From assembly GCF_009914755.1 (NCBI RefSeq), contig NC_060948.1: 64,000 bases of DNA. One strand, 5' to 3'. Position numbers and translations under genes: made by a program. Below the pieces are notes generated by a model. It made no database searches. It was not told the origin of the DNA and saw only the letters and a list, made by a program, of their open reading frames with translations. Positions 43,401 to 57,500 of the stretch are shown here, one piece after another. The stretch comes from the human T2T-CHM13v2.0 reference genome, Homo sapiens. Position 1 is the first letter of the stretch; the number at the start of each line of letters is the position of its first letter.

Positions 43401-46400
43401 ACTGGCAAGAAATGGAATCGAAATGAATGGAGTGTTATGGAACGGACTCAAAAGGAATTGAATGTAATAGAATGGAGTGGAGTGGACTCGAATATAATGG
43501 ACTGGAATGGAATGAAATCACATGGAATGGGAACGAATGGAATGGAATGGAAAGGAATGGAATCGAATGGAAAGGAATCGAATGGAAGGGAATGAAATTG
43601 AATCAACAGGAATGGAAGGGAATAGAATAGACGGTAATGGAATGGACTCGAATAGAATGGACACGAATGCTCAAATTGAATGGACTCGAATGGAATGGAA
43701 ACGAAAGGAATGTCATCGAATGGAATTGAATCGATTGGAATGAAATCGCATAGAATGGAGTGGAATCAAATGGAATTGAATCGAAAGGAAAGGAAGCGAA
43801 TGGACTGAAATGAAATGGAATGGAATTGAATGGAAAGTAATGCAATGGAATAGAATGGAACGAAATTTCACGGAATGGAATCAAACTGAATGGAATCAAA
43901 TCAATGGAATCCAATCAAATGGAATGGAGTAGATTGGATTGGATGGGATTGGAATGAAATGTACTGGAAAGGACTCGAATTTCATGAAACGGAATGGAAT
44001 GAATTGGAACGGAATGGACTCGAATGGAATGGAATGTCATAGAATGGCATCAAATGGAATGGCATCAAATGGAATGGAATCGAATGCAATGGAATGCTAT
44101 GGAATGGAATGGAATGCATTGGAATGGAATGTCCTCTAATGGAATGGATTCGAGTGGAATGGAATCGAATATAATGGAGTCGAATGAAATGGAATTGAAA
44201 GGAATGGGATCGAATACAATGGAATATACTGGAATGTAATGTAATGAACTCGAATGTAATTGACTGGAATGGAATGTACATGAATGGAATGTAATCGAAT
44301 GGAAAGTAATCCAATGGAATAGAATCTAATGCAATAAAATCGACTCAGATAGAGTAGAATGTAATGGAATGGAGTGCAGTGCAATGGAATGGAATGGAAT
44401 GGAATGCAATGGAATGGAATGGAATGGAATGGAATGGAATGGAATGGGATGGAATGGTATGGAATGGATGGTAATGGACTGGAGTGAAATGGACTGGAAA
44501 GGAATGGACTCAAATTGAAAGGGCTGGAAAGGAATGGAGTCAAATGGAATGGTCTGGAATGGAATGAACACGAAAGTAATGCAATCCAATAGAATGGAAT
44601 CGAATGGCATGGAATATAATGAAATGGAATCGAAGAGAATGGAAACAAATGGAATGGAATTGAATGGAATGGAATTGAATGGAATGGGAACGAATGGAGT
44701 GAAATTGTATGCAGTAGAAGGGAATAGAATGGAATGCAAGCGAAAGGAAAGGAATGGATTGGAATGGAATGGAATTCATTGGAATGTAAGGGAATGTAGT
44801 GTAATGGACAGGCCTGGAATAAAGTGGAATGCTACGGTCTCGAATGGAATAAAAATGTATGGAATGGAATGCATTGAAACGGAATCGAACGTCATAGAAT
44901 GTAATGGAATGCAAAAAAATGGAATCCAAAATCATTGACTGGAAAGGCTGGGTGTCGAAAGGAATTGACTCCAATGGAATGGAATCGAATGGAATGGAAG
45001 TGAATAGAATCGAACTAAATCGAATGGAATGGAATTGATAGGAACGGAATGGAAAGGAATGCAATGATTTGGCACGGAATGGAATCGAATGGCATCGAAC
45101 GGAATGGAATGGAATGCAATTGAATGGAACGTATTAGAATGTAATGAACTTTAATGGAATGTACTCGAATGGATTCGACTGGAATGGAATGTTCTGGAAG
45201 TGAATGGACTCCAATGGAATGGATTCAAAAGGAATGGAATCGTACGGAATGGAATCTAATGGAATGGAATTAAATGGAAATGAATCAAATTGAATAGCAT
45301 GGAATTGAATTGAATGGAATCGAATGCAATGGAATCTAATGAAACGGAAAGGAAAGGAATGGAATGGAATGGAATGGGCTGGAATGGAAAGGAATCGAAA
45401 CGAATGGAATGGAATCGAACTGACGAGACTGGAATGGAATGCACTGGAATGGAAGGGAGTGTAATGGAAGGTTCTCGAAAAAAATGGAATCGAATGGAAT
45501 GGAATTGAATGGAACGGAATAGAGTCGAATGGAATTGAATGGAATGGAATGGACTAGAGTGAAATGGAATCGAACCACAAGGAATGGAGAGGAATAGAAT
45601 GGTCTCGAATTGAATGGAATCGTATGGAATGGCATCAAACGGAATGGAATGGACAGCCACGGAATGGAATGCACTCGAATGCAATGGAGTCGAAACTAAT
45701 GGACTGGAATAGAATGGATTCGACTGGTACGGACTCCAATGGAATGGAATCGAATGGAAGGGAATCGAACGGAATGGACTCGAAGGGAAAAGACTGCAAT
45801 GGAAAGGTCTCGAATGGAATGGAAATTAATGGAATGGAATGGAATCGAATGAAATGGAGTCAAAAGGAATGGAATCGAATGGCAAGAAATCGAATGTAAT
45901 GGAATCGCAAGGAATTGATGTGAACGGAACGGAATGGAATGGAATCCAAAGGAATGGAATAGAATGGAATGGAATCGAATGGAAAGGACTCGAATGGAAA
46001 TCACTCGAATAGAATGCAATTTAATAAAATAGGATCAAATGTAATGGAATGGAATGGAAAGGAATCGAAACGAAAGGAATGGAGACAGATGGAATGGAAT
46101 GGAACAGAGAGCAATGGTATAGAATGGAATGGAATCATCTGGAATGGAATTGAATGGAATGGAATAATATGAAATGGAATGGAATGGAATGGAATGGAAT
46201 GCCCTTGAATTAAATGGACTGGAATGGAATGGACTCGAACAGAGTGGAATGGAAAGTGTTGAGATAGAATGGAATGGACTCGTTTGGAATGGTGTAGTAT
46301 GCAATGCAATCGACTGGCAGGGAATCAAAAGGAATGTAATGGAATGGATTGGACTGGAATGCAATGGACTCGAATAGATTGCAAACGGAATGCAAAGGAA

Positions 46401-48539
46401 TGGAATGGAATAGTATGGAATGGAATGGAAAGGAATGGAGTGGAATAGACTAGAGTGGAATGGAATGAACTGGAAAGCAATAGACTGGAATGGAACTTTC
46501 TTGAATGGACTGGAATCAAACGGAATGGAATGCAATGCAATCAAATGGCATGGAATAAAATAGAATGAAAGAGAATCAAATGGAATTGAATCGAATGGAA
46601 TCGAATGGATTGGAAAGGAATAGAATGGAATGGAATGGAATTGACTCAAATGGAATGGACTAGAATGGAATGGATTCGAATGGAAGGCAAAGGAATGGAA
46701 TCTATTGGAATGGACTGTAATGGAATGGAATGGAAGGGATTGGAATGGACTCGAATGGAATGGACTGCAATAGAAAGGATTCGAATGGAATGAAAAAGAA
46801 TTGAATGGAATAGAACAGAATGGAATCAAATCGAATGAAATGGAATGGAATAGAAAGGAATGGAATGAAATGGAATGGAAAGGATTCGAATGGAATGCAA
46901 TCGAATGGAATGGAATCGAACGGAATGGAATAAAATGGAAGAAAACTGGCAAGAAATGGAATCGAAATGAATGGAGTGTTATGGAACGGACTCAAAAGGA
47001 ATTGAATGTAATAGAATGGAGTGGAGTGGACTCGAATATAATGGACTGGAATGGAATGAAATCACATGGAATGGGAACGAATGGAATGGAATGGAAAGGA
47101 ATGGAATCGAATGGAAAGGAATCGAATGGAAGGGAATGAAATTGAATCAACAGGAATGGAAGGGAATAGAATAGACGGTAATGGAATGGACTCGAATAGA
47201 ATGGACACGAATGCTCAAATTGAATGGACTCGAATGGAATGGAAACGAAAGGAATGTCATCGAATGGAATTGAATCGATTGGAATGAAATCGCATAGAAT
47301 GGAGTGGAATCAAATGGAATTGAATCGAAAGGAAAGGAAGCGAATGGACTGAAATGAAATGGAATGGAATTGAATGGAAAGTAATGCAATGGAATAGAAT
47401 GGAACGAAATTTCACGGAATGGAATCAAACTGAATGGAATCAAATCAATGGAATCTAATCAAATGGAATGGAAAGGAATTGAATGGAGTAGATTGGATTG
47501 GATGGGATTGGAATGAAATGTACTGGAAAGGACTCGAATTTCATGAAACGGAATGGAATGAATTGGAACGGAATGGACTCGAATGGAATGGAATGTCATG
47601 GAATGGCATCAAATGGAATGGCATCAAATGGAATGGAATCGAATGCAATGGAATGCTATGGAATGGAATGGAATGCATTGGAATGGAAAGTCCTCTAATG
47701 GAATGGATTCGAGTGGAATGGAATCGAATATAATGGAGTCGAATGAAATGGAATTGAAAAGAATGGGATCGAATACAATGGAATATACTGGAATGTAATG
47801 TAATGAACTCGAATGTAATTGACTGGAATGGAATGTACATGAATGGAATGTAATCGAATGGAAAGTAATCCAATGGAATAGAAACTAATGCAATAAAATC
47901 GACTCAAATAGAGTAGAATGTAATGGAATGGAGTGCAGTGCAATGGAATGGAATGGAATGGAATGCAATGGAATGGAATGGATTGGAATGGAATGGGATG
48001 GAATGGTGTGGAATGGATAGTAATGGACTGCTGTGAAATGGACTGGAAAGGAATGGACTCAAATTGAAAGGGCTCGAAAGGAATGGAGTCAAATGGAATG
48101 GTCTGGAATGGAATGAACACGAATGTAATGCAATCCAATAGAATGGAATCGAATGGCATGGAATATAAAGAAATGGAATCGAAGAGAATGGAAACAAATG
48201 GAATGGAATTGAATGGAATGGAATTGAATGGAATGGGAACGAATGGAGTGAAATTGTGTGCAGTAGAAGAGAATAGAATGGAATGCAAGTGAAAGGAAAG
48301 GAATGGATTGGAATGGAATGGAATTCATTGGAATGGAAGGGAATGTAGTGTAATGGACAGGCCTGGAATAAAGTGGAATGCTACGGTCTCGAATGGAATA
48401 AAAATGTATGGAATGGAATGCATTGAAACGGAATCGAACGTCATAGAATGTAATGGAATGCAAAAAAATGGAATCCAAAATCATTGACTGGAAAGCCTGG
48501 GTGTCGAAAGGAATTGACTCCAATGGAATGGAATCGAAT

Positions 48540-51500
48540 GGAATGGAAGTGAATAGAATCGAACTAAATCGAATGGAATGGAATTGATAGGAACGGAATG
48601 GAAAGGAATGCAATGATTTGGCATGGAATGGAATCGAATGGCATCGAACGGAATGGAATGGAATGCAATTGAATGGAACGTATTAGAATGTAATGAACTT
48701 TAATGGAATGTACTCGAATGGATTCGACTGGAATGGAATGTTCTGGAAGTGAATGGACTCCAATGGAATGGATTCAAAAGGAATGGAATCGTACGGAATG
48801 GAATCTAATGGAATGGAATTAAATGGAAATGAATCAAATTGAATAGCATGGAATTGAATTGAATGGAATCGAATGCAATGGAATCTAATGAAACGGAAAG
48901 GAAAGGAATGGAATGGAATGGAATGGGCTGGAATGGAAAGGAATCGAAACGAATGGAATGGAATCGAACTGACGAGACTGGAATGGAATGCACTGGAATG
49001 GAAGGGAGTGTAATGGAAGGTTCTCGAAAAAAATGGAATCGAATGGAATGGAATTGAATGGAACGGAATAGAGTCGAATGGAATTGAATGGAATGGAATG
49101 GACTAGAGTGAAATGGAATCGAACCACAAGGAATGGAGAGGAATAGAATGGTCTCGAATTGAATGGAATCGTATGGAATGGCATCAAACGGAATGGAATG
49201 GACAGCCACGGAATGGAATGCACTCGAATGCAATGGAGTCGAAACTAATGGACTGGAATAGAATGGATTCGACTGGTACGGACACCAATGGAATGGAATC
49301 GAATGGAAGGGAATCGAACGGAATGGACTCGAAGGGAAAAGACTGCAATGGAAAGGTCTCGAATGGAATGGAAATTAATGGAATGGAATGGAATCGAATG
49401 AAATGGAGTCAAAAGGAATGGAATCGAATGGCAAGAAATCGAATGTAATGGAATCGCAAGGAATTGATGTGAACGGAACGGAATGGAATGGAATCCAAAG
49501 GAATGGAATAGAATGGAATGGAATCGAATGGAAAGGACTCGAATGGAAATCACTCGAATAGAATGCAATTTAATAAAATAGGATCAAATGTAATGGAATG
49601 GAATGGAAAGGAATCGAAACGAAAGGAATGGAGACAGATGGAATGGAATGGAACAGAGAGCAATGGTATAGAATGGAATGGAATCATCTGGAATGGAATT
49701 GAATGGAATGGAATAATATGAAATGGAATGGAATGGAATGGAATGGAATGCCCTTGAATTAAATGGACTGGAATGGAATGGACTCGAACAGAGTGGAATG
49801 GAAAGTGTTGAGATAGAATGGAATGGACTCGTTTGGAATGGTGTAGTATGCAATGCAATCGACTGGCAGGGAATCAAAAGGAATGTAATGGAATGGATTG
49901 GACTGGAATGCAATGGACTCGAATAGATTGCAAACGGAATGCAAAGGAATGGAATGGAATAGTATGGAATGGAATGTAAAGGAATGGAGTGGAATAGACT
50001 AGAGTGGAATGGAATGAACTGGAAAGCAATAGACTGGAATGGAACTTTCTTGAATGGACTGGAATCAAACGGAATGGAATGCAATGCAATCAAATGGCAT
50101 GGAATAAAATAGAATGAAAGAGAATCAAATGGAATTGAATCGAATGGAATCGAATGGATTGGAAAGGAATAGAATGGAATGGAATGGAATTGACTCAAAT
50201 GGAATGGACTAGAATGGAATGGATTCGAATGGAAGGCAAAGGAATGGAATCTATTGGAATGGACTGTAATGGAATGGAATGGAAGGGATTGGAATGGACT
50301 CGAATGGAATGGACTGCAATAGAAAGGATTCGAATGGAATGAAAAAGAATTGAATGGAATAGAACAGAATGGAATCAAATCGAATGAAATGGAATGGAAT
50401 AGAAAGGAATGGAATGAAATGGAATGGAAAGGATTCGAATGGAATGCAATCGAATGGAATGGAATCGAACGGAATGGAATAAAATGGAAGAAAACTGGCA
50501 AGAAATGGAATCGAAATGAATGGAGTGTTATGGAACGGACTCAAAAGGAATTGAATGTAATAGAATGGAGTGGAGTGGACTCGAATATAATGGACTGGAA
50601 TGGAATGAAATCACATGGAATGGGAACGAATGGAATGGAATGGAAAGGAATGGAATCGAATGGAAAGGAATCGAATGGAAGGGAATGAAATTGAATCAAC
50701 AGGAATGGAAGGGAATAGAATAGACGGTAATGGAATGGACTCGAATTGAATGGACACGAATGCTCAAATTGAATGGACTCGAATGGAATGGAAACGAAAG
50801 GAATGTCATCGAATGGAATTGAATCGATTGGAATGAAATCGCATAGAATGGAGTGGAATCAAATGGAATTGAATCGAAAGGAAAGGAAGCGAATGGACTG
50901 AAATGAAATGGAATGGAATTGAATGGAAAGTAATGCAATGGAATAGAATGGAACGAAATTTCACGGAATGGAATCAAACTGAAAGGAATCAAATCAATGG
51001 AATCTAATCAAATGGAATGGAAAGGAATTGAATGGAGTAGATTGGATTGGATGGGATTGGAATGAAATGTACTGGAAAGGACTCGAATTTCATGAAACGG
51101 AATGGAATGAATTGGAACGGAATGGACTCGAATGGAATGGAATGTCATGGAATGGCATCAAATGGAATGGCATCAAATGGAATGGAATCGAATGCAATGG
51201 AATGCTATGGAATGGAATGGAATGCATTGGAATGGAATGTCCTCTAATGGAATGGATTCGAGTGGAATGGAATCGAATATAATGGAGTCGAATGAAATGG
51301 AATTGAAAAGAATGGGATCGAATACAATGGAATATACTGGAATGTAATGTAATGAACTCGAATGTAATTGACTGGAATGGAATGTACATGAATGGAATGT
51401 AATCGAATGGAAAGTAATCCAATGGAATAGAAACTAATGCAATAAAATCGACTAAAATAGAGTAGAATGTAATGGAATGGAGTGCAGTGCAATGGAATGG

Positions 51501-54500
51501 AATGGAATGGAATGCAATGGAATGGAATGGATTGGAATGGAATGGGATGGAATGGTGTGGAATGGATAGTAATGGACTGGTGTGAAATGGACTGGAAAGG
51601 AATGGACTCAAATTGAAAGGGCTCGAAAGGAATGGAGTCAAATGGAATGGTCTGGAATGGAATGAACACGAATGTAATGCAATCCAATAGAATGGAATCG
51701 AATGGCATGGAATATAAAGAAATGGAATCGAAGAGAATGGAAACAAATGGAATGGAATTGAATGGAATGGAATTGAATGGAATGGGAACGAATGGAGTGA
51801 AATTGTGTGCAGTAGAAGAGAATAGAATGGAATGCAAGTGAAAGGAAAGGAATGGATTGGAATGGAATGGAATTCATTGGAATGGAAGGGAATGTAGTGT
51901 AATGGACAGGCCTGGAATAAAGTGGAATGCTACGGTCTCGAATGGAATAAAAATGTATGGAATGGAATGCAATGAAACGGAATCGAATGTCATAGAATGT
52001 AATGGAATGCAAAAAAATGGAATCCAGAATCATTGACTGGAAAGGCTGGGTGTCGAAAGGAATTGACTCCAAGGGAATGGAATCGAATGGAATGGAAGTG
52101 AATAGAATCGAACTAAATCGAATGGAATGGAATTGATAGGAACGGAATGGAAAGGAATGCAATGATTTGGCATGGAATGGAATCGAATGGCATCGAATGG
52201 AATGGAATGGAATGCAATGGAATGGAATGTATTAGAATGTAATGAACTTTAATGGAATGTACTCGAATGGATTCGACTGGAATGGAATGTTCTGGAAGTG
52301 AATGGACTCCAATGGAATGGATTCAAAAGGAATGGAATCGTACGGAATGGAATCTAATGGAATGGAATTAAATGGAAATGAATCAAATTGAATAGCACGG
52401 AATTGAATTGAATGGAATCGAATGCAATGGAATCTAATGAAACGGAAAGGAAAGGAATGGAATGGAATGGAATGGGCTGGAATGGAAAGGAATCGAAACG
52501 AATGGAATGGAATCGAACTGAAGAGACTGGAATGGAATGCACTGGAATGGAAGGGAGTGTAATGGAAGGTTCTCGAAAAAAATGGAATCGAATGGAATGG
52601 AATTGAATGGAACGGAATAGAGTCGAATGGAATTGAATGGAATGGAATGGACTAGAGTGAAATGGAATCGAACCACAAGGAATGGAGAGGAATAGAATGG
52701 TCTCGAATTGAATGGAATCGTATGGAATGGCATCAAACGGAATGGAATGGACAGCCACGGAATGGAATGCACTCGAATGCAATGGAGTCGAAACTAATGG
52801 ACTGGAATAGAATGGACTCGACTGGTACGGACTCCAATGGAATGGAATCGAATGGAAGGGAATCGAACGGAATGGACTCGAAGGGAAAAGACTGCAATGG
52901 AAAGGTCTCGAATGGAATGGAAATTAATGGAATGGAATGGAATCGAATGAAATGGAGTCAAAAGGAATGGAATCGAATGGCAAGAAATCGAATGTAATGG
53001 AATCGCAAGGAATTGATGTGAACGGAACGGAATGGAATGGAATCCAAAGGAATGGAATAGAATGGAATGGAATCGAATGGAAAGGACTCGAATGGAAATC
53101 ACTCGAATAGAATGCAATTTAATAAAATAGGATCAAATGTAATGGAATGGAATGGAAAGGAATCGAAACGAAAGGAATGGAGACAGATGGAATGGAATGG
53201 AACAGAGAGCAATGGTATAGAATGGAATGGAATCATCTGGAATGGAATTGAATGGAATGGAATAATATGAAATGGAATGGAATGGAATGGAATGCCCTTG
53301 AATTAAATGGACTGGAATGGAATGGACTCGAACAGAGTGGAATGGAAAGTGTTGACATAGAATGGAATGGACTCGTTTGGAATGGTGTAGTATGCAATGC
53401 AATCGACTGGCAGGGAATCAAAAGGAATGTAATGGAATGGATTGGACTGGAATGCAATGGACTCGAATAGATTGGAAACGGAATGCAAAGGAATGGAATG
53501 AAATAGTATGGAATGGAATGGAAAGGAATGGAGTGGAATAGACTAGAGTGGAATGGAATGGACTGGAAAGCAATGGACTGGAATGGAACTTTCTTGAATG
53601 GACTGGAATCAAACGGAATGGAATGCAATGCAATCAAATGGCATGGAATAAAATAGAATGAAAGAGAATCAAATGGAATTGAATCGAATGGAATCGAATG
53701 GATTGGAAAGAATAGAATGGAATGGAATGGAATTGACTCAAATGGAATGGACTAGAATGGAATGGATTCGAATGGAAGGCAAAGGAATGGAATCTATTGG
53801 AATGGACTGTAATGGAATGGAATGGAAGGGATTGGAATGGACTCAAATGGAATGGACTGCAATAGAAAGGATTCGAATGGAATGAAAAAGAATTGAATGG
53901 AATAGAACAGAATGGAATCAAATCGAATGAAATGGAATGGAATAGAAAGGAATGGAATGAAATGGAATGGAAAGGATTCGAATGGAATGCAATCGAATGG
54001 AATGGAATCGAACGGTATGGAATAAAATGGAAGAAAACTGGCAAGAAATGGAATCGAAATGAATGGAGTGTTATGGAACGGACTCAAAAGGAATTGAATG
54101 TAATAGAATGGAGTGGAGTGGACTCGAATATAATGGACTGGAATGGAATGAAATCACATGGAATGGGAACGAATGGAATGGAATGGAAAGGAATGGAATC
54201 GAATGGAATCGAATTGAATGGAATCGAATGGAAGGGAATGAAATTGAATCAACAGGAATGGAAGGGAATAGAATAGACGGTAATGGAATGGACTCGAATA
54301 GAATGGACACGAATGCTCAAATTGAATGGACTCGAATGGAATGGAAACGAAAGGAATGTCATCGAATGGAATTGAATCGATTGGAATGAAATCGCATAGA
54401 ATGGAGTGGAATCAAATGGAATTGAATCGAAAGGAAAGGAAGCGAATGGACTGAAATGAAATGGAATGGAATTGAATGGAAAGTTATGTAATAGAATAGA

Positions 54501-57500
54501 ATGGAACGAAATTTCACGGAATGGAATCAAACTGAATGGAATCAAATCAATGGAATCAAATCAAATGGAATGGAAAGGAATTGAATGGAGTAGATTGGAT
54601 TGGATGGGATTGGAATGAAATGTACTGGAAAGGACTCGAATTTCATGAAACGGAATGCAATGAATTGGAACGGAACGGACTCGAATGGAATGGAATGTCA
54701 TGGAATGGCATCAAATGGAATGGCATCAAATGGAATGGAATCGAATGCAATGGAATGCTATGGAATGGAATGGAATGCATTGGAATGGAATGTCCTCTAA
54801 TGGAATGGATTCGAGTGGAATGGAATCGAATATAATGGAGTCGAATGAAATGGAATTGAAAGGAATGGGATCGAATACAATGGAATATACTGGAATGTAA
54901 TGTAATGAACTCGAATGTAATTGACTGGAGTGGAATGTACATGCATGGAATGTAATCGAATGGAAAGTAATCCAATGGAATAGAATCTAATGCAATAAAA
55001 TCGACTCAGATAGAGTAGAATGTAATGGAATGGAGTGCAGTGCCATGGAATGGAATGGAATGGAATGCAATGGAATGGAATGGAATGCAATGGAATGGAA
55101 TGGAATGGAATGGAATGGGATGGAATGGTGTGGAATGGATAGTAATGGACTGGAGTGAAATGGACTGGAAAGGAATGGACTCAAATTGAAAGGGCTCGAA
55201 AGGAATGGAGTCAAATGGAATGGTCTGGAATGGAATGAACACGAATGTAATGCAATCCAATAGAATGGAATCGAATGGCATGGAATATAAAGAAATGGAA
55301 TCGAAGAGAATGGAAACAAATGGAATGGAATTGAATGGAATGGAATTGAATGGAATGGGAAGGAATGGAGTGAAATTGTATGCAGTAGAAGGGAATAGAA
55401 TGGAATGCAAGCGAAAGGAAAGGAATGGATTGGAATGGAATGGAATTCATTGGAATGGAAGGGAATGTAGTGTAATGGACAGGCCTGGAATAAAGTGGAA
55501 TGCTACGGTCTCGAATGGAATAAAAATGTATGGAATGGAATGCAATGAAACGGAATCGAATGTCATAGAATGTAATGGAATGCAAAAAAATGGAATCCAA
55601 AATCATTGACTGGAAAGGCTGGGTGTCGAAAGGAATTGACTCCAATGGAATGGAATTGAATGGAATGGAAGTGAATAGAATCGAACTAAATCGAATGGAA
55701 TGGAATTGATAGGAACGGAATGGAAAGGAATGCAATGATTTGGCATGGAATGGAATCGAATGGCATCGAACGGAATGGAATGGAATGCAATTGAATGGAA
55801 CGTATTAGAATGTAATGAACTTTAATGGAATGTACTCGAATGGATTCGACTGGAATGGAATGTTCTGGAAGTGAATGGACTCCAATGGAATGGATTCAAA
55901 AGGAATGGAATCGTACGGAATGGAATCTAATGGAATGGAATTAAATGGAAATGAATCAAATTGAATAGCATGGAATTGAATTGAATGGAATCGAATGCAA
56001 TGGAATCTAATGAAACGGAAAGGAAAGGAATGGAATGGAATGGAATGGGCTGGAATGGAAAGGAATCGAAACGAATGGAATGGAATCGAACTGACGAGAC
56101 TGGAATGGAATGCACTGGAATGGAAGGGAGTGTAATGGAAGGTTCTCGAAAAAAATGGAATCGAATGGAATGGAATTGAATGGAACGGAATAGAGTCGAA
56201 TGGAATTGAATGGAATGGAATGGACTAGAGTGAAATGGAATCGAACCACAAGGAATGGAGAGGAATAGAATGGTCTCGAATTGAATGGAATCGTATGGAA
56301 TGGCATCAAACGGAATGGAATGGACAGCCACGGAATGGAATGCACTCGAATGCAATGGAGTCGAAACTAATGGACTGGAATAGAATGGATTCGACTGGTA
56401 CGGACACCAATGGAATGGAATCGAATGGAAGGGAATCGAACGGAATGGACTCGAAGGGAAAAGACTGCAATGGAAAGGTCTCGAATGGAATGGAAATTAA
56501 TGGAATGGAATGGAATCGAATGAAATGGAGTCAAAAGGAATGGAATCGAATGGCAAGAAATCGAATGTAATGGAATCGCAAGGAATTGATGTGAACGGAA
56601 CGGAATGGAATGGAATCCAAAGGAATGGAATAGAATGGAATGGAATCGAATGGAAAGGACTCGAATGGAAATCACTCGAATAGAATGCAATTTAATAAAA
56701 TAGGATCAAATGTAATGGAATGGAATGGAAAGGAATCGAAACGAAAGGAATGGAGACAGATGGAATGGAATGGAACAGAGAGCAATGGTATAGAATGGAA
56801 TGGAATCATCTGGAATGGAATTGAATGGAATGGAATAATATGAAATGGAATGGAATGGAATGGAATGGAATGCCCTTGAATTAAATGGACTGGAATGGAA
56901 TGGACTCGAACAGAGTGGAATGGAAAGTGTTGAGATAGAATGGAATGGACTCGTTTGGAATGGTGTAGTATGCAATGCAATCGACTGGCAGGGAATCAAA
57001 AGGAATGTAATGGAATGGATTGGACTGGAATGCAATGGACTCGAATAGATTGCAAACGGAATGCAAAGGAATGGAATGGAATAGTATGGAATGGAATGGA
57101 AAGGAATGGAGTGGAATAGACTAGAGTGGAATGGAATGAACTGGAAAGCAATAGACTGGAATGGAACTTTCTTGAATGGACTGGAATCAAACGGAATGGA
57201 ATGCAATGCAATCAAATGGCATGGAATAAAATAGAATGAAAGAGAATCAAATGGAATTGAATCGAATGGAATCGAATGGATTGGAAAGGAATAGAATGGA
57301 ATGGAATGGAATTGACTCAAATGGAATGGACTAGAATGGAATGGATTCGAATGGAAGGCAAAGGAATGGAATCTATTGGAATGGACTGTAATGGAATGGA
57401 ATGGAAGGGATTGGAATGGACTCGAATGGAATGGACTGCAATAGAAAGGATTCGAATGGAATGAAAAAGAATTGAATGGAATAGAACAGAATGGAATCAA

